From Auanema rhodensis (Eukaryota > Animalia > Nematoda): a DNA stretch of 64,000 bases. Under the pieces are notes generated by a model. It worked only from the letters and a program-made list of their open reading frames with translations, had not been told where the DNA came from and did no database searches. Position 1 is the stretch's first letter; every line of letters starts with the position of its first letter. The DNA lies in the NCBI GenBank assembly GCA_964057225.1, contig OZ059897.1, forward strand, positions 14,508,001 through 14,572,000, in the 5' to 3' direction. Below, piece by piece: positions 1 through 11,286 of this stretch. The translations under genes and the position numbers were made by a program.

Positions 1-3000
1 ATACATCATCACAGTTTCAATTGGACAAGGCAGATCATACACAATCATACATACACGATCCAAGCTGAAATAATTAATTTGGGGACAGAAAGCGGAACAG
101 ATTGAAGGGAAATAACATAAAAGAAAACAGATCAAGAGTCATGTTTTCAAAATGTTTTGACGAGATGATGTAGTCCAGCTAAGAAAAATGAATATCGCTT
201 GGCTTCTGTTATAGTAAAGCAAAAAATATATATTTGCAGCTTTGCAATCTAAATTCAGCAGATCTCTCATTCAGCTTCAGAATGAGAAATGTTCATATCA
301 TATCCGTGAAGACGAGGGCGATTGATGAAAATCGTTGAGAAGTGATGAGAAAGTAGGGGAAGCTAAACGAAACTGAGAAAACGATGAAATAAATCTGAAG
401 GTTGTGCATCGCATGGGTGAACGAACGAGCTAAAAATGTGTATACTAGGCATGTGGATACAATGTGGTTGACAAGGAGGACATAGGCTGGGATATAACGA
501 TATAAGAGATGCAAAATAGTATGGAACGAGCAGATTGAAAGGGAAAGGTACACAGGGTTAGAGATCAATTGTATCAAAGTGTATGCCAGAGAGTAGCCTA
601 TAATCTTAAATAGTAATCAAAATGAACAAATAAGCTAAATGGACAAAATGAATATTACTGGAAAACTAATCCAACAATGTTGTAATCTTATTGTATACGT
701 CACTACGACGGATGGTATGGCAATGACGTCCGGTCATCAGAATCCTAATGACCTGCCGCATGGCAGAATGGTCTGTCTTTTAAAAGGTGCAGACAGATCA
801 TATGAGTTTCTTCACAAGATAACAATAACGTCAACTTGTCATCATTATAACTTTTTCAAAAATGAAAAAAATTATGCAAAAACGAAATTTTAAAAAAAGA
901 AAGAAAGATACCGGTTCCAGACTAGAGTCTCTAAAATTCTGCAGCAGACTTTGTTCATTTTCTTTTGCCTTTTTTTTTCAAATATAAGATTGATTCTATT
1001 AATAGTCACTCGCACAAAACTAAGACAAGAGGCAGATTTTGACGTGAGATGGACGTTTACATAACAAATATTTTACGGAATTAACTGAACATAATTTCGG
1101 CAAGAAATAAGTAGATCCAGTTATTCAATTTATTTTACCGATTTTTATGATACTCGGCTCATTTTTTTAATTTTAAACTTCAAAAAGTGTTGAGCTATGT
1201 ATGTTTTAGTTTGAAAACTATTACACAAAAGCTATAATAGATATAGATCACTACAGATTAAGTAAAGCCTTATTAGTACAAATTAATGAAAAACAGAGAG
1301 AGGTCAGTTGATGAATTGAGAAGAAAATATAGTTTCAAATCTCAAAAAATAATATAATACTACAAAATATTAAAATATATTTTAAAAAAATAACAATTAT
1401 CCTCAGTTAGTAATATAAATAACAGCTAAATATTCCATTTATTTGTGAAGAAAAATGAAATTAAGAATAGCTAATGTATATGTTCATATGTATATTTCTA
1501 AACAAAATACAATGAAAAGAGAAACAAATAACATAGAAACTTCCATTTATCAATCTCCTTTATCTGTTCCCAGATGATTATGAAGCCAGATAATTGATGT
1601 TTATTTTATTTTTGAAAAATATATGAAGCTTAATATAGGCAACAAAGGAAAACAATCTAGATAAACGTATGTATGTTGAAAATGGTTGAGAAAATTTTTT
1701 TCTTATATAATTTATAATTTAATATAATAACTTTTCTTTTTATTCAATTTAGTTCGTATTTTTTGTTACTGGCTTTACCAGACTCTTAAACACATCATTG
1801 AGAATTAACTAACTTATATACATATATGAACATATACATACATATATATAGTATATAGTATACTAATATTTGTATCTTTTTTTAGTCCAGTAATACGAGA
1901 AGAATCAAGCGACAAACGGAAATAATAATAGTTGATATACATATATGTAGGTACATGAGAAAATATGTATAATCTGTTGTTTTTAATAATAAATAAGAAA
2001 AAAATTATCTTCTTTATACAACAAGAGAAAATAAAGTTTTTTTTTCTGGGACACAGCAAGATATTCTAAAACCATTTTTACAAAACATGAATAGTGAATG
2101 AAGGTAAAGTTCGAGCCATTTTTTCTATATAATTCTGAAGAATGTTTATTTTTTTTTATTCTTCATATTTTTAATGAAAAAAACACGAAAAACACACTTA
2201 ACTATGAAAATTGAATTGATTTTCAATTGAATCTATAAGATTTATGAATATAAACAATTTAAATTATTAACAAGGATAAAATGAATATATATAATATCTA
2301 TCTATATATATGCATTTATATAATATATATTTATATTTATATGCGTGTATATGGGTATAAATAATTATTTTTAAAATCGTTACAACCGCTCATATCATCC
2401 ATATCGTTAAAAAAAAAACTAATTATCATATTCAGAATACGGCTGCTTGAAATATGACAAGTTGCATCAAGGCATTCGTTAACAAAATATTAAAAATAGA
2501 AAACATAAAAAACATTTTTTAAAACGATTAAGAGCCTCAAATATTCAATCTTTAAGTATAATTGTTGTGTATATTGAACTCTAAAGATTTGGGATATACA
2601 TTACTTTCTTTTCTTATTTTTGATCTTAAAATTAATATTTTTTCGTTCCTTTTTCTGAAATAATTAATATTTATCTCTGGTGCCACATACTATTGTTTTC
2701 ATTTCTTTTTTTTTCGTTTTAATCTATTGTTTTGAAGCCTGAGAATATCCTGCAGCCGGATAGAAAAGATGAGTAGTTCCAGTAGAATGGCTAAGTAAAT
2801 AAGTTTGAAAATAAACTGAGTAACAATATTTCCTTTTTCGAAAAGTTCAAAAAAAAGTGTTTTTCAGTTATGTAACATGTGAATATTATATAAAATATTA
2901 ACATTTCCCTCAATTTCTTTATCAATAAAGCTGTAAAACTCGAGAACTTTCTTGCAAAAATAGATTGAGATGCTAAGAATATGCTGAGATAAAGTGGAAT

Positions 3001-6000
3001 CTATGTAGATGTTGTCAAAAATAGAATATTGTGTTTCAGGCTAAGGGAAGCCATTTAAGTGACCAATAAAATCTCAATATTTCTTTTTTTTAAATCATAA
3101 TAGAATGTTGAAAGATGTAAGATGAATATATGAATGTGAATATCGAAAAATAAGCCTCAAAATAGAAAAAGAGATTCTGCTGCGAAATTGAACAAAAGCT
3201 TTTAATTATAATAAAAGTAGTAATAAATATAATTCATAACAATGTAATTGTTCAATTCAATATAGAGAACTGTACGTATATCAAGTTGGTTTTTTATTAT
3301 TTAATTAATGAGAGAAATACAGCTCTAATAAGAGATAGGATATCAAGCTGGAATACAAAGAAGAGTTGAATATATAGTGGAAAAGATATTAAAAGAGAAC
3401 TAGAAAGAGAGAGGGAGAGAAAGAGAGAGAGAGAGAGAGAAATGCAAAAATGTAGAGGAAGTAATAGGTATAGAGAGAAAAATTATTACGAGGTAGAAGG
3501 GGTATAGTGAAGCAGAATATAGTAAACGAATGAATAGAATTGAAATAATCAAGTAGGAAATTGAAAAATGAGCAACAGCTAGAAAAAAACAAATAACTTC
3601 AATCTTTTTCAATTTTAGACATAATAAAAACAATATAAATTAATTAATAAAATTAATAATACATGAATGCGAAAGAATATAAAATACATAAACTATGCAG
3701 ATAAATATTGAGCAATATTCACGTCTTCAGGCTATATCATGGTCAAAGGTGTGACCAGTCTGTGCATAAGAACATACCAGCTGATCAATATACTGTTGGT
3801 TTGAGGTAGGAGATGAACGAGAAAACTTGCCGATGCAAAGAGAGACAACAAGAGAGTGAATGTGAGAGCTAAAAGCAAAACGTTGAGAAGAAATAGAATT
3901 CAGAGAAAATATTTTGACGAGAGATGTTTAAAGATTATTTCAAACTACCTAGACGACATAGAAAAAAGACGAAAGGATAGAAATGGACACGATCAGCTCC
4001 ACGACTGTACAAACAAAGCCAGGCACACACCCACTAGTCAGCCAGACATACATACCTCAGTCCGTCATTGAGCTAGCCTTCGCCTCTTGTCTCTTCACAG
4101 TTCTTATTCCCTCTCTCACCCACCTTTCATCACTCCCCTAAATTCCTTTTCTATTTTATTCCATCATGATCATCATTATACAGATACATGCATGTAGGTC
4201 TCCTCAGCCGGGCATTAGATTGTATAGATGACAAAACTACACAAATCAACGAGAAGTTTTTCTGTCGAAAAATGTGAAGCATCCGTTGATGACGTCAAAA
4301 GAGCACATTATAAGATTTTCATTAACACCAAGTTCAAACTCTTTAAACTTCTGGAAACAACAAAAGATATAAAACGTACAGTTTTATAGTACTGTAAGTC
4401 GTATAAACGAATAGTCAGCATAACAAATAGTGTAGTTACTATAAAAAGCTTTTGAGCGTAAATGACCGATAGAGGACATATCGAAAGTACTGTCAACGAG
4501 TCATCTATAAGTGATTCACTCAATTATTTCTTCTCGAAGAGGAGGATATACAGAGAGAAGGAAGAGTGGACAACAAGACAATTGGAAATAAGGAGACTAG
4601 TTAGACATTCCTGAGAAAAAGTCAATACTGATCAACGATGGCTATTTACAGCAATTTCGCAACTATTACTTTGCTTTTCATGCACTTCTTTCTCTTCTAT
4701 AACTTCTTTTTTTTGTCGTCACAAAACTTCGAAAGAAATGCAAACCAGCTCTATCGCGGAAAATAAATATATTTTGACCATACGTATTGGTCAGAATACC
4801 AACAATCTAATACGGTAATCTAATGTTACAGTAACTGGGAATTATTGAACGTAGGCGTGAGAGAGGGGGCGAATAGTAGCATATAACGCTACGCTTCTAT
4901 AGGTTGCATCAAACGCCTGTTGACGACCTTAAATGAACGTTGTGGTAAGGAGATGCCAGTAGAAGCGTGGGTATAAAACAAAACTATAGCAAAGAATGAT
5001 CAAAGAAAGTATCAAGTAGCTCAGCTTAAAGAATCATGCTTTCACTGGCGTTCAACAACCATATAAAAGGCAAAAGAGAATGTCAAAATACTACAGGCTG
5101 GTCTAGAGAAAGAAAAGAGACAGAAGGAATTAGAAGAAAACAACAACAACAAAGCTGAAGTTGGAGAAGGCTACTGCTAGTTCAAGACAGAAAGATAAAG
5201 AGGACGCTAGCTAAGTCTTAAAGACTAAGCTTTTTCAGCAGAATAGTATTTTTTCCTCTTTTTTTTACAAAAAAATAGAAATGCTTGAAATAGAAGACGT
5301 ACAAGACAAAACACTTGACAAACCTTGGGTATATTATAATGTGACACAAGTTGATGTGTTTTTTTGTCTCATAAAGTTAATTATAAACATCATCTATTTC
5401 TTTACTGCCTTATTGCTTTTTAGCCCCCCCCCCCCCCAACCCCAACCCTCTCTCTCTTTATATCATTTTTTCCTTCTCCTGTTTTTCGTTTCAAATATAT
5501 ATATCTCACATCACATATTTAACGGATTTGATAACAATAAACAACTCAAAATGGAGAACCGAGACAGGTGGAGCAGCGAATAAGACCGTTAGATCAAAGA
5601 CAGCATTTGCTACAGCTGTTTAAAACAAAAAGATAAATCCTTTCATGGGATGTATCACACAACTGCTGTGTTAGTATGACGTGAACGAGGGCGTTGATGA
5701 AGCACGATATCATCATTCACAATCCTTACGCAAAAGTACTTTTGCAGTTTGTGATGCGTTTGAGGATGACGCTACAGGGATTGAACAAGAAAACATATGA
5801 GAAACAGAGAATAGGATTTTTACTGTTTCCGTGCCTACTATTCTGGTCCTCCAGGATTTTGAGAAGGGACCCAGATTGCATACAATGCTATCTACGTTGT
5901 TGGTTTTAAGCAAACAACGAGACATTCCGAAAATACTCGCGTCAGCCTTTGTAAAAATGACGAGAGAAGAGTCGTTTGATTACAAACTAGTCAAAACGTA

Positions 6001-6135
6001 GTTTACGCTCGTATAACTTAACACCGGCGACAAACAGTAAAAACAGAAGGTGAAAAATGACTATATGAAAGTACTTTAAGAACGATTTTATAAAAAAAAT
6101 ATTATAATATCAACAATGAAGAGAACCACAAAATC

Positions 6136-7618
6136 CTAACATTTTCCCAGCAGTTTCCGGTACATTATTACCCATAGAAGTAGCGCATTACGTCTTTGGA
6201 TGCTAGAGTTATAAAGATCATAATCAGCCTAAAATTAATGATGAAACTTTTTCTACAAGAACATAAACATACTTTTTTGATGATCTTCAAAATATGATCA
6301 GATGTTGCCGATGTTGCTATAAAAGCTGGACGGATAGAACGGGGGAGAGCAGCAACACGATCACGGCCAGAAGTCAAATGTTTTTCACTAATCTTAAAAT
6401 AAGAAAATAAGCAAGAATCCTCAAAAATAATGCTAACCCGAATCATGTCTTTCACAACATGTTTGCAATCATCTAAATGTGTTTTTCTATAAACCCTGTC
6501 AGGAGTAAGATTGTTTAGAGATAGTAAATCCTGAGGAAGCAAGACAACACCTCTAGTCAACAAGGGCAAAGTGGACCTTGAGAAAACAGTAATACATAAA
6601 AAAGCAACACTGCACACAAACCTGATCAGATTGAGCACACCAAATGCTCCACCAATATCTGATGCTGCTTTAGCGATATCGTCATCTGACACTTCAACAT
6701 TGTGATGTGCAAGTAACGTATTAGCTGACAATCTCATTAGAGAACCAGCAGTTTTGTTACCATAACCACATACCTGTAACTCATAGTTAATTAAAAATTA
6801 GTTCTCTAAAACTACATCGAAGACGGTAGAATACGGTCTATCGCCAAGAGATTGTTGCCGAGCCAATACAAGATTTTCGAGAAGTGTAGGAGAAGCATCA
6901 GGAGCAAAAACACATAGAGAAATAGCAACAGGTTGTCTAGAAAAAAATGTATAAATTTGACAGTGAGAAAAAGAAAGTTCACCTAGGGATAGGCATTAAA
7001 GAATCTCCATATATGGAAGATAGAGAATCTTTCCAAAATTGAAGACGATACATACCTAAATCAACAATTATTAAAAAAAGGAAATTACAAATTATAACTA
7101 AACCTGAAGTATCATTATTGCCACGAGAATTTACTTTATCACGAATAAGAGCAAGCTCAACATTTAAAGCATGAATCTAAATACACTAATTTTATCACAA
7201 CCATTAAAATAAATTATAGTTTACCGCCATCAGCTTGGGTTGGATTTTGTTTGGCATTGTGATGATAGATAGAAAATTATCCATATCATTACGACGTACA
7301 AGCTGACAATTCAAAGTATTGAAAGGTTATTAAATATTAAATACCTCTGTACAATGCTTAAAAGCTTCCTCGGCTTGTTGTTTGCTAATTTCTAACGTTC
7401 TTACGCGTGCACGCTCATTGTTTTTGGGTAATCTAGGGTTTTCGAATGTTGTTATAACATCGAGAAATCTTGAGTATACCTAGCGCCGGGAAGGTGGGAA
7501 AAATCAGGACTGGGAGAAGAAAAATTAAATGATGAAGAATGAATCGTTCGAATATTAAAGTTACTATTACTGAGCAAAAATTTTGATGAGCCTAAAAAGG
7601 AAGTTTATATTTAACCAT
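6136..7618 (-). CDS. NDUFAF6: NADH dehydrogenase complex I assembly factor 6 (squalene/phytoene synthase-like fold), multi-exon
   Basis: Spliced translation includes AEEAFKHCTELVRRNDMDNFLSII, HALNVELALIRDKV, RLQFWKDSLSSIY, RQPVAISL, GVVLLPQDLL and ADYDLYNSSIQRRNALLLW..KLLGKC* (TAG 6136-6138). The start is uncertain; candidate ATG at 7618 follows TTTTCAG. Confidence 0.85.
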
Positions 7619-7640
7619 TCTGAAAACAACTAACAATTGA

Positions 7641-8057
7641 CTAGTGAGTTTCTTCCGAACTGTAATAAGGTGACATAGCCACAGCTCGATGATTGAAAAC
7701 GGCGAAAGAAAGACAACTGGCCGCCTCGTCCCATGATCTATCACGATTCTGAAATTAAAACGTTAATAAATCAAACACTTAGTATAAAATTACAGGATCG
7801 CTTTTGATATGTTGGAATGGAGTAGCAACGTAAGAAGCACCGTAAATCAAAGCTACCAATGAGATTAGAGTTTGACAAATAACGTCAGCAGGAAGTGAGA
7901 CAAAAGATTGTTCAGTAAGACGAAGATATGAACGATGCTAAAAATAAATTTTCAAAATTTAAATAAAAGGAAAATAAACCTGGGCAGCAGAATAAGCGCA
8001 ATGAAGTAAACTGGCTAAGGAGAAGATGGTAAGGACAGCGTGAAAAGAGATGGACAT
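7641..8057 (-). CDS. emc-5: ER membrane complex subunit 5 / membrane magnesium transporter (MMgT family), 3 exons
   Basis: Spliced protein MSISFHAVLTIFSLASLLHCAYSAAQ/HRSYLRLTEQSFVSLPADVICQTLISLVALIYGASYVATPFQHIKSDP/NRDRSWDEAASCLSFAVFNHRAVAMSPYYSSEETH*. LLHxAYSAAQHRSY, LPxD and FNHR are MMgT/EMC5 signatures. Confidence 0.92.
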
Positions 8058-8474
8058 GCTCAAGCAGTCCTTGGAAAACAAAATTAAATAAAGAAACAAA
8101 ATTATGAGATAAAAGAAGGTAATAAAACCTATTAAAAGCAGAAAAAATATCAAACTTTATAATTAAAAAAATATACTTTCGAAAAAAAAAACGCAACAAT
8201 GTAATATTTGTATGTATATAGTGTATATGTATATATTATCAACAAGGTTCCTGTTCACGTAAAGTTAGCCAACTTCCAAAAACAGAAAGAACAGTAACAG
8301 AATGTTGGGATATTGATAACATTTTGAACAATCCTGATATGTTAGAGATGAAGACAACGGATCTTTAAATCATGACTACTGAAATTGTTTCATTTGTAAT
8401 TTATCACTACTCTAAATTATACCCTATATGTTTGACTACAAGCATAGATATGGGAGGGGGGAGAACTAGTAAAT

Positions 8475-9469
8475 CTACTCTTCACATTTAGCTTCACTTA
8501 CTAAAGGTGATTTTAACAGTTTTTCCTTTAAATGTTTTAATTTTTCGGAATGGTTAGTTGGAAATGTGCGAACACCGTGATTTTTTTCCAAAACTTCCAT
8601 CATGCCTTTAGCAGTGTTAGCAACCTGAAACATTCCTTATGCATTACCTTAAAATTAAAAACTTACAGATTTCTTAAATCCTAATAACATTAATTTTTCA
8701 TATACTGCACTCATTTTGCCACTGCATATTGTAATATGTACACTTCGTAACAATTCTGTGACTGGAAACTGTAACGAGTCCTGAAAAATTATAACTGTGA
8801 CATTGGTCAGTCTTCACCAACTTACAGGTAAAGGTTTATACAAACACTTTTCATGCATTAGGAACAATTCGTTATGAGAAACATTTCTCGTATAAGTTGT
8901 CAAAGTACGAGTACGCCTAAAATTAAAATATCTAAAGCGTTAACACTGATATTATGAAATATCGAATAAAATAGTAAGATTATTATCATTGAGACATTAG
9001 TACGTGATTATATCTACTATATCAATGGCACTTCAAATTATAGTAAAGCACTCATCGAGAAATGCAGAAATCATGTTAAACAGAATATACGCGAAACTAT
9101 AAAACAAAAATCAAAAACCTGTCATATATGCTTTCTTCAATAACTGGAACAGTTCTGATATCTGTCATTCGCGTGAGCCATCGAGGAACGCGTTTTAAAA
9201 TTGAACTGCCTGTTAAATACAACAGTAATGAGATTTTCACAATGTAACCAACCTTGTTTAACGATAAGCTTTTTTGTAAAAATAGTGTGTTCAGTGATTT
9301 TCCGCTCTAACACATCTTCAGATAATATGTGTTTCGCAAAACTATTAGGATATCTATCCCAAAATGCTGCTACAACCTATTAAAAACAAACAATTGGTTA
9401 TAAATTTTGACATTAAACCTCATCAAAAGAATAAGGAAATATTCCAGTAGGAGCACTCCATAACCGCAT
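8475..9469 (-). CDS. PRELI/MSF1-domain mitochondrial lipid-transfer protein (PRELID1/Ups1-like)
   Basis: MRLWSAPTGIFPYSFDE/VVAAFWDRYPNSFAKHILSEDVLER..TKKLIVK..VPRW..VIEESIYD..LTTYTRNV..MHEKCLY. The RYPNxxxxHxLSED and EES..D..TYTRN motifs match the PRELI domain. TTTTTTCAG lies ~45 nt upstream of the ATG. Confidence 0.9.
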
Positions 9470-9862
9470 TTCCTACAAGTTTGGAGTTAATTTAGCAGCT
9501 ACTACTAAATCCTGAAAAAACATATGACTAGACAAATATGTACAGAAGAAGAGAAAAAATAAACAAACTATTCATTAAAATTAAAAGAGCCAGTATTTAA
9601 AAGATCAAAAAATTGGTTCAAGAATAAGCTCTGCTCCAACGCTAATTTATTTCAAGGCAGAGAAATGGGGCTGTAAGTGAATGGTCATAGACATAGCGGC
9701 GGAAGAGACGCAGAGATACAAATAGATAAGACACAGAGGAGCACTATATCGTTTTTAAGATTCGTTTTATAATATTTTTTTTTGCTTTTTCTTATGTTTT
9801 AGTTCTATTTTTCTACTCTAAATCGTTTAATTAAGGTAGCGGGGCCTTGGAATTCTTTCTAG
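9470..9862. promoter_or_regulatory. Probable bidirectional promoter between the divergent PRELI-EMC5-NDUFAF6 cluster and VPS55
   Basis: Head-to-head ATGs at 9469 (-) and 9863 (+), 393 bp apart, with a relatively GC-rich core near 9660-9750. Inferred from gene geometry only. Confidence 0.5.
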
Positions 9863-10841
9863 ATGATGGGAGGTGTACGAGGTAGTTTTAGCGCAGTACT
9901 TTTATTTATTTTGATTATATTTAGTAAAGTTATATTTTTTCAGCTGTTTTATTTCTTTCCCTTGCTGGAGTACTAGGGCTTACTCTTTTGGTCTTAGGAT
10001 GTGCCCTCCCCATGTATGCGTAAGTTGCTAAAATTGTTCATAAAGTTTTACCAAGACGTATTTCAGAAACTGGTCTCCTTTCTTTGTCATCATATTCTAT
10101 ATTTTATCACCTGTACCTCTTCTGATTGCTCGTCGTTTTCAAGAAGATATGGCTGGTATTGTTATATATTAGTGCGATTGTATATATATAAGTTTTAGGC
10201 ACAAATGCTTGTCTTGAGCTAGCCTTATTTATGACCACTGGAATAGTTGTATCTGCTTTCGCACTACCTACAGTTCTTGCTCATGCTGGAGTTGTGAGTT
10301 TTTTTTCAATTGCCTTTTGTATGCTCTCTGCATGTATATCTTCTGATGTGCTTTAAAATTATATTAGAAATGTGAAGCATGTAATGTGTTGTGGTTTGTA
10401 GATTAAGCCAATGGCTGCTATCTTTTCCAATGCCGGCTCCATTGTCATGTTTGGCACAATCATGGCTTACTTTTATGTTCACAGAGAAGAGGATTCCGGT
10501 AGCTGGAATCAATCGCTGTTTTAAATTTTCATTTTTATGGCTCGTAATGTGAATTGGTTTGTTTTTGTTCTGTTTAAGACTCATAGTCTGTATCGCATAA
10601 TATGCGGAGTTATCCCTATTCCTCCCAATAGTGTATAGTACATTGCCATATTTCTGTGATCCCTGTTAAGCACGCCTTTTCTTCAACATGTTCGAGAACT
10701 TTTTTCTTTTATGCTCTGCTTTTATAGATAGCAGGATTTCCCCTGTTTCTTGTCTATCTCGCAAATATCGTACTATTTGGCGCAATTATTGCATATTTCC
10801 GAGTGTTTGGAGGAGAAGAAACCGAGTCTTCACTCTGGTAG
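9863..10841 (+). CDS. VPS55: Vps55 / leptin receptor gene-related protein (LEPROT/OB-RGRP family), with two alternative terminal exons (stop 10524 or 10841)
   Basis: [110 protein letters not shown] and LAHA are Vps55 motifs. Last exon is either 10402-10524 or 10728-10841. Confidence 0.92.
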
Positions 10842-11286
10842 TACTGTAAGTTAAGCTGGTTTTAAAATTTATTCACTTCTTAAATATTATGTGAGACTTG
10901 GTGAAACTAACTACTTATCTCATACAAATCTAACCCCACCCAATTAAAAATTTTGATTTTACTCTTGTATGTTTGTTTCTTGGAAATAAGGGTTTGTTCA
11001 ATTGTTTGTAAATGTATATCATGGACTTTGAAATGAATTTAAGATTATATATATTTCAATGTTTTATTTTGTATCATATGAACCGTAACAATCGAACGAA
11101 TATTATGTCATACATATGCATAAAAAGAATGTGAGTAAAAGCTCATGAATGGGGGGAATATATATATCAAAAAAGGCACATTTTTCCAATGGATTGACTG
11201 TAAACGTTTTAAAATTTAATTTTCTTTATGTCATTAATCTTTTCTGGCATCAATTTTCACTTCTAATTTCGACAAATCAAAGATAG

